Counted from the first letter of the stretch, positions 26,385 to 40,397 are shown. The stretch is 64,000 nt of DNA from Octopus sinensis (GCF_006345805.1 NC_043000.1:29512001-29576000), one strand, 5' to 3'. Translations and numbers: made by a program. Notes: generated by a model from the letters alone, not told the origin.

Positions 26385-27783
26385 GTTGTCGCCTTCAAGG
26401 CCACAAATAATGTATTTGTTTATGATATCCAGTCAAGCCATTCCGCAACTGGTTTTCATTTTATGGATGCCGAAAGGATAAAAGGCAGCGTGGACCTCCG
26501 CGAAATTTGAACTGAGAATGCCGAATCGGACGAAATGCTGTTAAGTAATTTGCATGGTGTGCTAACGATTCTGCCAATTTATCACCTTCTGGAGAACTTC
26601 TTGTTAATGGCAGTCTTTTTAAATACAAAAGAGAGAGCAACAGAGAATAGTTGGCTGGATCGGAGGGGTTAGTTAATATTAGAACCTTTGTGCGGGTGTC
26701 GCCACATCCATGGTGGCCTCTCTTGAAACATGGAGAAAGTCGCAGAAGTGACGAGACTAGAGTATTTCTTGGTTTGACCACCGTAAGAATGGGTAAGTAA
26801 TGGCTGTGTTGTCTAACCTACAGGATGCCATCGCTGTGAAACAATGCCAAATGCTAGGCCGCGTACAACGCATGCCTACGAAGTAACCAATGGTACGTAC
26901 ATACAATTGAGTGAACTGGAGCAACAGGAAATAAAGTGTCTTGCTCAACAACACAACACACAGCCCGGTTCGGGATTCGAACTCACAGCCTCACGATCGT
27001 AAGCTCGTCGCTCTAACCACTGAGCCATGCGCCTTCACAATGCATGCATACATACATAAATACATGTACACATACATACGGACTTACACACACATACATA
27101 TACACATACAAACTTATATATGTATATATGTATGTCTGTGTGTATGTGTGTGTATCTTTTATCTTTTACGTTTTTTCTTGTTTCAGCCATTAGAATGCGG
27201 CCATGCTGTGGCACCGATTTGAATATTTAGTCAAATGAATCAACTCCAGTAATTATTTTTGAATCCAGATAATTATTCCTGGTACTTAATGTATAGGTCT
27301 CTATTGCCGAACCTCTAGGTTATAGGAACGCAAACACACCAACACTGTTTGTGAAGGGTAGATAGTGTTGGGGGCCAAACACAGACATAACCACACACAC
27401 TCGGAAACACACACATGCACACAGACACACATGCGCCCGTATACACACACACGCTCACAGACACACACACGCGCACACAGACACACATAGACACACACGC
27501 ACACATACGATGTGCTTCTTTTAGTTTTCGTCCACCAAATCCGCTCACAAGGATTTGATTGGCCCGTACCTATCGTACGAAACAGTAGCCGAAGGCACTA
27601 CGCAGTGGGAATGAAACCGGAACCATGAGGTTGGAAAGTGAGATACGTAAATGAGTTGTTAACTGGTTGAGTATTGACCACTTCATTAGATATGATAGAA
27701 TTTTAAAACGTTTCCCTCTTGGCTGCATATCCGATTTCATCTTCATAAACAGATACATTATTTCTGAAGAATTAAACACGAGA

Positions 27784-27866
27784 AGCACGATGGCCGAGTG
27801 GTTAAGGCGTTGGACTTAAGTTCCAATGGACAAGTGTCCGCGTGGGTTCGAACCCCACTCGTGCTA
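27784..27866 (+). tRNA. tRNA-Leu-TAA: tRNA-Leu(UAA)
   Basis: Consensus sequence. Confidence 0.95.
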
Positions 27867-28497
27867 TTTCGTTTTTATTTTATTTCTCGACATAATCATG
27901 TGGCTGTGTAGCAAGACGCTTGCTTTCCAACTACATGCTTCAGGGTTCAGTCTCAATGAGTGGTACCTTGGGCAAGTGTCTTCTACTATAGCCTCGGGAA
28001 GACCAAAGCCTTGTGAGTGGATTTGGCTGACGGAAACTGAAAGAAGTCCGTCGTATTTTTAAACGTATATATTTGTGTATATCTATGCTTGTCCCTCCCA
28101 ATCGTCGCTTGACAACCGATGATTGTGTGTTTATGTCCCGGTAACTGATCGGTTGGGCGAAAGAAAACGATGAAATAAATACTAGGCTTATAATTTACTC
28201 GACAATAACCTCTGACGGCTGTCAGATGACTGAAACAAGTAAAACAATAAAAGAACGTATACATACATACACACACACAGACCAAATAGGTAAGACAGAT
28301 AGGCAGACATCGGGCCGTCATTCAGACAATAGAAAAGCCTCACCCCACCTAATATTCGGACCAGTCGGGGACTACAATACAAGATACCGGCACAAGATGC
28401 GACGCAGTGAGAGTGAACACGAAACAACGTGGTTGCAAATTAAGTTCCTTCACCACATAGCCATCCCTGAGGCTAAAAATAAAATTTAAAGAAATAT

Positions 28498-28580
28498 TAG
28501 CACGCGTTGGGTTCAAACCCACGCAGATACTAGTCCATTAGCAGTTAAGTACAACGTCTTAACCACTCGGCCATCGTGCT
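28498..28580 (-). pseudogene. Degenerate tRNA-Leu(UAA)
   Basis: Same lineage as 12834/19132; anticodon and T stems disrupted. Confidence 0.88.
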
Positions 28581-30661
28581 GCTAAAATTTTTTTCCCCAG
28601 AAATAATGTATCTGTTTATGAAATCCAGTCAAGTGCTAATCGTCACAGAATCTTTCATGTCTAATGATGTGTTTAATAATTAGAGACTTTATATTCTGAT
28701 TAACAACTCATTTACATATTTCTGTTTCTAGCCACATAATTCAGGGCTCAGTTTCGATAAATGATGCACTAGCTGCAAGCCGACCACTTCCTTGTGACTG
28801 GATTTGATAGGCGGAAACTGAAAGAAGCCCGTCGTTTGTGTGCGTGTATATATATATATATATAATATATATATATATATAATATATATATATATATATA
28901 ATATATATAATATATATATATACATTTATATATCGTGTGTGTGTGTGCGTGCGCGTGTCTTTGTGTCTATGTTTGTCCAGCCGCTGCTACTGGACAATTG
29001 TATTGATGTACTTATGTCTCCGTAACGAAGCGGTTCAGCAAACGAAGATGATAGACTAGGTACCAGGCTTAGAAATAAAACAATAAGTGCTGCGATCGAT
29101 TCATTCGACTAAAAGTTCTTCAAAGCGGTGCCCCAGTATTGCCCCAGTCTGATGACTGAAACAAGTAATAGTTAAAAGATAGACGATATATACATTCGAC
29201 TGCGGCTTAGCTGGAGCACCGCCTTAAGTCGAAGAATTCGACGCGAGGAATTATTCTTTGTAAGCCTATACTCATTCTATCGGTTTTTTTTTGCCGAACA
29301 GCCAAGTTTCGGGACAAGAATACACCAGCATCGGTTGTCAAGATGGTGCGGGGACAAACAGACAAAGACACACGAACATAAATATATATACACGACGGGC
29401 TTCTTTCAGACTCCGTCTACCAAGGCTTTGGTTGGCCCAAGGCTGTAGTAGAAGACTCTTGCCTAAGTTACCACGATAGGACTGAACCTAGATCCGAGTG
29501 GCTCGAGGGTGGCTGAGTGCCGTCGGAAAACATATTATTGGCTTAACATTTTAAGACAAAGCCAGCAATTTCGGGGGAGGAACTAATTTGAACACATCGA
29601 CACCAAAACTCAACTGGTACTCATTTTATGGACACCGAGAGGATAAAAGGCAGCGTCGACCTCGGCGGAATTTGAACTCAGGTTGTCGAGTCGGACGAAA
29701 TGCCGTTAAGTAATTTATATAGGGTGCTAACGATTCTGCCAGCGCGCTGCCTTTTGGTGAATTTCTTGTCAATAGCGGTCTTTTTAAATACATTAAAAAA
29801 CAGAGCAACAGAGGCTAGTTGGCTGGATCGCAGGGGTTACTATATATTAGAACCTTTGTGCGGGTGTGTTGCCACATCCATGGCGGCCTCTTTTTAAACA
29901 TAGATAAAGCAACAGAAGTGACCAGACCAGTGTATTTCTTGGTTTGACCACAATAAGAATGGGTAAGTAATGGCTGTGCTGCCTAACCTACAGGATGCCA
30001 TCGCTGTGAAACAGCGCCAAGTGCTAGACCGCGTATAACGCATGCCTACGAAGTAACCAATGGTACATACAGACATAGAAATATACATTCACACATACAT
30101 ACATACAAACACGTACATACACACAAACATAAACACATACATACACACACACATAAACACATACATACATACATTCACTCCTACATACATAAACTCACGT
30201 ATACACACACACATACATACACACAAATACACAACCACATACACATATACACACATGCATACATATACAGACATACATACATATATTTATATATACACAT
30301 ACGTACACACATACACACATACACTCATACATACACAAACATACATACATACACACATACACAAGCACACCCATACATACACACACACATACATACACAC
30401 AATACACACTTAACGGGCTTCTTCCAGTTTCCGTCTACCAAATCCACTCACAGGGATTTGATTGGCCCGCGCCTATAGCAGGAAACACTAATCCAATGTG
30501 CCAGGCAATGGGACTGAACCTGGAACCATGAGGCTAAAAATTGGTTGAGTATTGACCATTTCATCAGATATGAAAGAATTTTAAACCATTTCCGTCTAGG
30601 CTGCATGGCTCGTTTCATCTTCATAAACAGATACATTATTTCCGGTCTCTTAGACACAAGC

Positions 30662-30744
30662 AGCACGATGGCCGAGTGGTTAAGGCGTTGGACTTAAGTT
30701 CCAATGGACAATTGTCCGCGTGGGTTCGAACCCCACTCGTGCTA
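30662..30744 (+). tRNA. tRNA-Leu-TAA: tRNA-Leu(UAA)
   Basis: Stems intact; variable loop AATT. Confidence 0.95.
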
Positions 30745-32564
30745 CTTTGCTTTTATTTTATTTTTAGACATAATAATGACAATGTGGTCAGGGAGCTCGA
30801 TTTGCAACCACGTTGTGTCGAGTTCAGTTGCACTTAGCTGCTTCTTGTGCATGTATCTTCTGCTGTTGTCCCGGATCTAAGAAAGTGATAGTGAGGGGAT
30901 CTGTTGTACTGAAAACATTCAATGCGTTTATTAATCCCTATATATATGGTGGCATATATATAGGAATGTATATATATAGCGCACCTTAGGTTACTATGGT
31001 GAATGTTCCGGTTGATCTGAGGAACGGAACAGATTAACCGTGAACTTAATTTGCAAGTGGCTGAGTACTCTACAGGCACGCAACCCTTACCGCGGTTCTC
31101 AGAGAAATTCAGTATGACACAGAGTGGGACAAGGTTGGTCCGTTTGAATTACAGGAACAACACATTTTTGCAACCTAGGTGGACTGGAGTAAAATGAAAT
31201 ATAGTGTCTTACACAAAGAGATAACGAGCTGCCGGAAATCGAACGCACAATTTTACGATCATGAGAGCAGTACTCTAACCATTTAGCCACACGCCTTCTC
31301 TCATACATACATAAACAGACACACTCATACATACATACATGCACACATACATACATACATACATACATACATACATACATACATAAAGACTCCGCCGGTT
31401 ACGACGACGAGGGTCCCAGCTGATACGATCAACGGAACAGCTTGCTCGTGAAATTAACGTGCAAATGGCTGAGCATTCCACAGACACGTGTACCCTTAAC
31501 GTAGTTCTCGGGGATAATCAGCGTGACACAGAGAGTGACAAGGCTGACCCTTTGAAATACAAGTACAACTCATTTTTGCCAGCTGAGTGGACTGGAGCAA
31601 CGTGAAATAAAGTGTCTTACTCAAGGACACAACGCGTCGCCGTGAATCGAACTCACAACCTTACGATCATGAGCCGAATGCCCTAACCACTAAGCCACGC
31701 GCCCTCACACATACATACATACATACATACATACATACATACATACATACATACATCAACTCACATATAAGGAGCATTCCGTCGCTTGCGACAACGAGGG
31801 TCCCACCGGATGCGATCAACGGAATAGGTTGCTCGTGAAATTAACGTGCAAGTGGCTGAGCATTCCATAGACACGTGTACGCTTAACGTAGTACTCAGGG
31901 AGATTCAGCGTGACACAGAGTGTGACAAGGCTGGCCCTTTGAAATACGGATACAATTAATTTTTGCCAGCCGAGTGGACTGGAGCAACGTGAAATAAAGT
32001 GTCTTGCTCAAAGACACAACACGTCGCCGCGAATTGAACTCACGACCTTACGATCTTGAGTTAAATGTCCTAACCACTAAGCCACGCACCTTCACAAACC
32101 TACATATACATGCACACATCCACACACACATTCATACAAATACACAACCACATATACACATATATACACACATACATACATATACACACAAACATATATA
32201 CACGCATACATAAAGACATACATACCTCATACATACATACACCCATACATACACACATACTCACATACATATGCACAATACATATACACGACGGGCGTCT
32301 TTCAGTTTTCGTCTACCAAATCCACTCACAAGGATTTGATCGGCCCACGACTATAGCAAGAAACACTAGCCCAAGGTGCCAGGCAGTGGGAATGAACCTT
32401 GAACCACGAGGTTGGAAAGTGAGATACGTAAATGACCTGTTAATAGGTTGAGTATTGACCACTTCATTAGATATGGTAGAATTTTAAAACGTTTCCCTCT
32501 TGGCTGCATGTCTGGTTTCATCTCCATAATCAGATACATTATTTTCGTCCTATTAAACATAAGC

Positions 32565-32647
32565 AGCACGATGGCCGAGTGGTTAAGGCGTTGGACTTAA
32601 GTTCCAATGGACAATTGTCCGCGTGGGTTCGAACCCCACTCGTGCTA
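32565..32647 (+). tRNA. tRNA-Leu-TAA: tRNA-Leu(UAA)
   Basis: Identical to the 26035 copy. Confidence 0.95.
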
Positions 32648-32832
32648 TCTTGTTTTCTTTTATTTTTAGACATAAACATGGCTATGTGGTCAGTAAGCGT
32701 GATTTTCAGCCACGTTGTGTCGAGTTCAATTGCACTTCGCTGCTTCTTTCAAATGACTGAAACAAGTAAAACAAATCAAGCTTCTTCACCACATAGTATT
32801 CTCTGTAGCTAAAAATTAACTATAAAAAAAAT

Positions 32833-32915
32833 TAATACGGGTGGGGCTTGGATCCACGCAGAAATTTGTCCATTGTAACTTAAGTCTCATGCCTTAACCA
32901 CCAGGCCATCGAGGA
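32833..32915 (-). pseudogene. Heavily degenerate tRNA-Leu(UAA)
   Basis: Paralog of the 26302 copy at a 6531-bp offset. Confidence 0.85.
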
Positions 32916-34290
32916 GCTGTCGCCTTCAAGTCCAGAAATAATGTATTTGTTTATGATATCCAGTCAAGCCATTCCGCAACTGGTTTTCATTTTATGGATG
33001 CCGAAAGGATAAAAGGCACAGTGGACCTCCGCGAAATTTGAACTGAGAATGCCGAATCGGACGAAATACTGTAATAAGTAATTTGCATGGTGTGCTTACG
33101 ATTCTGCCAGTTTATCACCTTCTGGAGAACTTCTTGTTAATGGCAGTCTTTTTAAATACAAAAGAGAGAGCAACAGAGAGTAGTTGGCTGGAACGGAGGG
33201 GTTAGTTAATATTAGAACCTTTGTGCGGGTGTCGCCACATCCATGGTGGCCTCTCTTGAAACATGGAGAAAGTCGCAGAAGTGACGAGACTAGAGTATTT
33301 CTTGGCTTGACCGCCGTAAGAATGGGTAAGTAATGGCTGGGCTGCCTAACCTACAGGATGCCATCGCTGTGAAACAATGCCAAGTGCGAGGCCGCGTACA
33401 ACGCATGCCTACGAAGTATCCAATGGTACGTACATACAACTGAGTAAACTGGAGCAACCGGAAATAAAGTGTCTTGCTCAACAACACAACACACAGCCCG
33501 GTTCGGGATTCGAACTCACAGCCTCACGATCGTAAGCTCGTCGCTCTAACCACTGAGCCATGCGCCTTCACAATGCATGCATACACACATAAATACATGC
33601 ACACATACATACGGACTTAAACACACATACATATACACATACAAACTTATGTATGTATGTATGTATGTCTGTGTGTATGTGTGTGTATCTTTTATCTTTT
33701 ACGTTTTTTCTTGTTTCAGCCATTAGAATGCGGCCATGCTGTGGCACCGATTTGAATATTTAGTCAAATGAATCAACTCCAGTAATTATTTTTCAATCCA
33801 GATAATTATTCCTGGTACTTATTGTATCGGTCTCTATTGCCGAAACTCTAGGTTATAGGAACGCAAACACACCAACACTGTTTGTGAAGGGTAGATAGTG
33901 TTGGGGGCCAAACACAGACATAACCACACACACTCGGAAACACACACATGCACACAGAAACACGTGCGCTCGTATACACACACACGCTCACAGACACACA
34001 CACGCGCACACATACGACGTGCGTCTTTTAGTTTTCGTTCTCGAAATCCACTCACAAGGATTTGATTGGCCCGTACCTATCGTACGAAACAGTAGCCGAA
34101 GGCACTACGCAGTGGGAATGAAACCGGAACCATGAGGTTGGAAAGTGAGATACGTAAATGAGTTGTTAACTGGTTGAGTATTGACCACTTCATTAGATAT
34201 GATAGAATTTTAAAACGTTTCCCTCTTGGCTGCATGTCTGATTTCATCTTCATAAACAGATACATTATTTCTGAAGAATGAAACACGAGC

Positions 34291-34373
34291 AGCACGATGG
34301 CCGAGTGGTTAAGGCGTTGGACTTAAGTTCCAATGAACAAGTGTCCGCGTGGGTTCGAACCCCACTCGTGCTA
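34291..34373 (+). tRNA. tRNA-Leu-TAA: tRNA-Leu(UAA) with one variable-stem mismatch
   Basis: Consensus except TGAAC in the variable arm. Confidence 0.83.
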
Positions 34374-34728
34374 TTTCGTTTTTTTTTTATCTTAAGATAT
34401 AATCATGACTGCGTGGTTAGGGAGCTCGATTTTCAACCACGTGGTATCGGGTTCAATTGCACTTCGCTTTTTCTTTCAAATGACTGAAACAAGTAAAACA
34501 ATAAAAGAGCATATACATGTACACATACACACACAGGCTAAACAGATAAAACAGACCGACAATAGAAAAACCCAATCCCATTGATATTTGGACCGGCTGG
34601 CTCTATAACAGAAGATACTTGCACAAGATACTACGCAGTCGGACTGAATACGAAACAAGTTGGTTGCAAATCAAGCTTCTTCACCACATAGCCATCCCTG
34701 ACGCTAAAAATAAAATATAAAGAAATAC

Positions 34729-34811
34729 TACCACGAGTGGGGTTCGAACCCACGCGGACACTAGTCTATTGGAACATAAGTCCAACGCCTTAACCATCCG
34801 GTCATCGAGGT
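34729..34811 (-). pseudogene. Degenerate tRNA-Leu body with anticodon changed to TAT
   Basis: T-arm intact; acceptor, D and variable stems mismatched; anticodon loop reads CTTATGT. Confidence 0.85.
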
Positions 34812-37184
34812 GTTGACGTCATTAGTTCCCGAAATAATTTATTTGTTTATGATATCCAGTCAAGCCATTCCTCAACTAGTATTCATTTTATGGATGCCGA
34901 AATGATAAAAGGCAGCGTCGACCACGGCGAAATTTGATCTCAGAATGTCGAGTCGGATGTAAGTAATTTGCATGGCGTGCTAACGATTCTGCCAGCTCGC
35001 CGCCTTTTGGAGAACTTCTTGTTAATGGCCGTCTTTTTAAATACATTAAAAGACAGAGCAACAGAGAGTAGTTGGCAGGATCGGAGGGGTTACTTAATAT
35101 TAGAACCTTTGTGTGGGTGTTTCGTCATATCCATGGCGGCCTCTCTTGAAACGTGGAGAAAGCAACAGAAGTGACCAGACCAGTGTATTTCTTATTTGAC
35201 CACCGTAAGAATGGGTAAGTAATGGCTGGGTTGCCTAACCTACAGGATGCCATCGCTGTGAAACAGTGCCAAGTGCTACTCATGCCTACGAAGTTACAAA
35301 TGGTACGTACAGACATACAAACAAAAACTGGCACATTATAGGTTACAACGGTCAGATTTACCAGTTGATCCAAGGAACGGAACAGCCTGACCGACAAATT
35401 AACTTAAAACTGGCTGAGAACTCCATAGACACCTTACCGTGGTTCCAGGTAGATTCAGCTTCACACAGAATGTGTCTTACACAAAGAGGTAACGGCCCGC
35501 CGAAAATTGAACTCAAAATCTTACGATCGTGAGACCAGTACTTTAACCATTAAGCCAGGCGACTTCAGTCATGCATACATGTGGATGGAAGCACTCCGTC
35601 GGTTACGACGACGAGGGTTCCGGTTGATCCGATCAACGGAACAGCCTGCTCGTGAAATTAACGTGTAAGTGGCTGAGCACTCCACAGACACGTGCACCCT
35701 TAACGTAGTTCTCGGGGATATTCAGCGTGACACAGACAGTGACAAGGCCGGCCCTTTGAGATACAGGTACAACAGAAACAGGAAGTAAGAGTGAGAGAAA
35801 GTTGTGGTGAAAGAGTACAGCAGGGATCACCACCATCCCCTGCCGAAGCCTCGTGGAGCTTTAGGTGTTTTCGCTCAATAAACACTCACAACGCCCGGTC
35901 TTGGAATCGAAACCGCGATCCTACGACCGCGAGTCCGCTACCCTAACCACTGGGCCATTGCGCCTCCACCATGCATACATAAACACACACGCATATATAA
36001 ATAAGTACATACATACATGCATGTATGCTTCATTGCTGCTGCTGAGACACCTTTCTGTCATGACTGACCATGAGATTACACCTTGAAAGTTACCTTCTCA
36101 GGCTCATGTCCGGACAAGGTTGTTTATGGAAGACCAGCAGTCGCCCATGCATACCATCCTCCCCTCTCCACGCCACCGATGTTATCCAAGGGAAAGGCAA
36201 AGGGACCGACACATCTTGGTACCTGTGACGTCGCAACTCATTCGTACAGCTGAGTGAACTGGAGCAACGTGAAATAAAGCGTTTTGCTCAAGAACACAAC
36301 AAGCAGCCGGGTCCGGGATTCGAACTCACAACCTGACGATCGTAAGCTCGACGCTCTAACCACTGATCCAAGCGCCTTCACAATGCATGCATACGCACAC
36401 ATAAATACATGCACACATACATTCGCACATACATACACACACATACACATACACATAGAAACGTATGTGTGTACGTATGTCTGTCTGTGTGTATGTGTGT
36501 GTATATTTAATCTTTTACGTTTTTTTTCTTGTTTCAGCCATTAGAATGCGGCCATGCTGTAGCACCGCCTTGAATATTTAGTCAAATGAATCAACCCCAT
36601 TAATTATTTTCGAATCCTGGTACTTATTCCTGGTACTTAATGTATCGGTCTCTATTGCCGAACCACTAGCTTATAGGGATTCAAACACACCAACACTGTG
36701 AAGGGAAGATGGTGTTGGGTCCAAACACTGACATAACCAAACACACACAGAAACACACACATACACACAGACACACGTGCGCTCGTATACACACACACAC
36801 GCAGATAAACACACGCAGACAGACACACACACAAACACACACAGATATGCACACACACACACACGCGCGCACGCGTACACAGGCACACACACACACACGC
36901 ACACACACGACGGGTTTCTTTTAGTTTTCGTCTAGCAAATCCAATCACAAGGATTTGATTGGCCTGTGCCTCTAGTAGGAAACACTAGCCGAAGGTGCCA
37001 AGCAGAGGGACTGAACCTGGAACCATGAGGCTGGAAATTGAAATACGTAAATGAGTTGTTAACTGGTTGAGTATTAACCACTTCATTAGAAATGAAAGAA
37101 TTTTAAAACCATTTCCCTCTTGGCTGCATGGCTTCTTTGATCTCTATAAATAGATACATTATTTCCGGCCTATTAGACATAAGC

Positions 37185-37267
37185 AGCACGATGGCCGAGT
37201 GGTTAAGGCGTTGGACTTAAGTTCCAATGGACAAAAGTCCGCGTGGGTTCGAACCCCACTCGTGCTA
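37185..37267 (+). tRNA. tRNA-Leu-TAA: tRNA-Leu(UAA), last copy of the array
   Basis: Stems intact; variable loop AAAA; T5 run downstream. Confidence 0.93.
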
Positions 37268-37654
37268 TTCCTTTTTAAATTTTATCTTTAGATATAAACC
37301 TGACTATTTGGTCAGGGAACTCGATTTTCAACCACGTGGTGCACTTCAGTTGCACTTCGCTTCGTCTTGTGCTTGTTCCTCCCTATCGTCGCTTGACAAC
37401 CAATGATGGTGTGTTTGTGTCCCGGTAACTGAGTGCTGCTTCTTGTGCATGTGCACTATAATACAGACAATGGGCTATATAACTGTTGCAATTTATTTCG
37501 GAATAATATTCCTTCTTTAGATATTCTTAGATAGAGGCGCTGCTATAATGGGTTTTCTAACGGCTTTTCTTACTTTATGTTTTGGAAGAGTCTCAGCAGT
37601 AGGCTCACGATGCTCCTTCCATATCTGTATATATACATATATACATATATATAC

Positions 37655-37691
<37 letters not shown>

Positions 37692-37705
37692 ATATATAAT
37701 ATATC

Positions 37706-37736
<31 letters not shown>

Positions 37737-37842
37737 ATGTATATGTATATGTATATATGTATATGTATATATATGTATATGTAATATAATATATGTATAT
37801 ATATGTTATATCAATATATGTATGTATATGTATATGTATACA

Positions 37843-37921
<79 letters not shown>

Positions 37922-38292
37922 GTATGTATGTATGTATGTATATATTTATTGATACAATCTGGCTAAAAACCTTATAGCAGTGTGCTTTCCAAAGCTCCTC
38001 CACGAGAATCAGATTTCCAAATGATGGACTTCAGTCACTGGATATACATGGTGGATATCCTAACATATCCGCAGGGTATCTACAAATATTATTAATACGA
38101 GAAGACGTATTGAACAGGCTTTATCAACAATCACTAGACGTGTTTGAACGAAACTACTTGGAGCGATGCAATGAAACAGTTACAGCGCGGTGTTATAAAA
38201 CCTGTTCAATAAAACTCTTTGTGTGACCGCGTGTGTACCGTTGGCGAATTTTTCCCTCTCGCTTCCCTTCTCTGGATCTTTCCTTCTCCTAT

Positions 38293-38327
38293 GTTTCCGA
38301 CGAAGAGCTCCGCTCGAAACGTTAAAC
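38293..38327 (+). ncRNA. Hammerhead-like motif (U4->C) in a Penelope-type 3' end
   Basis: GTTT-CCGACGA-A-GAGC(TCC)GCTC-GAAA-CG-TT-AAAC. The element continues about 95 nt to a (TA)n junction at about 38421. Confidence 0.62.
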
Positions 38328-38458
38328 CCTTGTTCTTTCCTTCTTTCCCGAGCGTCCAATAATACTATATTTGTTCCACGTCCTCGCGTTGTTGTGTTTT
38401 TTGTGCTTTCATGTTTGGAACTATATATATATATATATATCTATATATATCGTATGTA

Positions 38459-38521
<63 letters not shown>

Positions 38522-38629
38522 ATATATATATACATATATATTATATATGTATTATATATGTATATTGTGTCTATATATATATGTATATATATATATATAT
38601 ATGTTAATGTATATATATATTTATGTATA

Positions 38630-38719
<90 letters not shown>

Positions 38720-38939
38720 TGAAATGAAGTGGTTTGCTCAAGAGTACAAGGCAACACCAGCTCTCGGAATCGAAATCACAGTCTTGGAATCGTGAGTGCA
38801 ACAGCCCAACCACTTTACCAACGCATTCACTAAAGAAATGTTTTACACGTATATATATATACATTCATAATTACATATATATGCGTGTGTGAATGTAGAT
38901 GCATATATATATACATATGTGTGTGTGTGTGTGTTTGCG

Positions 38940-38984
<45 letters not shown>

Positions 38985-39041
38985 ATATATACACATATAC
39001 ACACACACATATATATATACACATATACACATATGCACATG

Positions 39042-39074
<33 letters not shown>

Positions 39075-39699
39075 GTGTGTACAAATATATTCATGGTTAC
39101 ATACATACGTATATGTATACATGTCTGTACACACACACACACACACTCACACACACACATACTCAAAGGCAAATCTATCTACACATATATGCATAAGCAA
39201 GCCTCACCACTCACGCAAAAGCATTGGTTGCTGTGTTCTCTATACAGGGACAACATTTCCGGCTTAGCTCCAAATGGCTGATTTGGTATTTGTTACTTAA
39301 GAGGTAAGTCAAGCGGAAACCTCGTGTCTGGTAGATCTCTGACGTCAGTTGGAGCTCAGCTCAATATGTTTTCCCAAACAAACGCTACTGAGAGAATGTA
39401 TTTTTCCCTCAAACAAAATCCCACAGCGAATGCCTTTCACGTTTCGAGGTACGGGAACGTGTTAAATATATACACACAGATTTATGTGTGTGTGTATGTG
39501 AAGAATGTGTGTGTGTAGGTGTGCGAAGACATATCCACACACACACACACAAACACACACATACGTACACACACACACACTGTAACACACATACACAGGC
39601 ACACACATACATATATAGTCGTACATATGCAAATATAGAAATATATATTGATATACATATTTCAGCCACACAATTCCCTATGAAATAATATGAAATGTG

Positions 39700-39764
<65 letters not shown>

Positions 39765-40397
39765 GTGTACATATATATATACCTTCATATATATCGCTAT
39801 ATATGTGTATTTATCTATATATGTATATACATAATACATACATACATATATGTATGCATATATGTATGCATATATGTATATATATATATGTATATATATA
39901 TATACGTACTTATGTACATATATATATATATATATTTGTGCACACACACACACACATATATGTATGCATGTATGTATGTGTATGTGTGCATATATATATA
40001 TAATATCGCATACGCATTATTCACGTACAGTAACTTTTGCTCTTCCAGAATATTTCTATTTGCTTATACGATTTATCCGGCATTTTGTTTTGAGTATTGG
40101 CGACCGTTCTTACGGAAAAGCCACAGATCTCTGTCTAGAACACTTACGCAAGCCTCTCTCAATGAAAACGTCAGGTCACAGCTTGCCTCTCGTGTACCTA
40201 CTTGGTTGGCAGACGACATGATGTTGGAGCCTGGTTGTTCATAACAGACGCGACTGTTTTACGTCACTAGACTTTGTGTATCAGTGTCTCCTTGTTTTAG
40301 CTATGGGCATTGAGGCGTACATACATACATACATACATACATACATACATACATACATACATACGTACATACATACATACATACATGCATACATACA

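Larger units (their letters stand above)
2380..37430. repeat. Segmentally duplicated tRNA-Leu(UAA) gene array built from mosaic SINE/microsatellite units
   Basis: 23 tRNA-Leu copies with recurring flanks. Blocks recur at offsets of about 6.5 kb (26035/32565, 26302/32833, 27784/34291), 1235 bp (20477/21712) and 7.06 kb (11380/18444). Boundaries approximate. Confidence 0.92.

Noticed and set aside
2951-37267. Repeated conserved 83-mer with variable spacers as a CRISPR-like array
   Set aside because: The repeat is a tRNA, the spacers are kb-scale paralogous sequence in both orientations, and there are no cas genes in this eukaryotic context.
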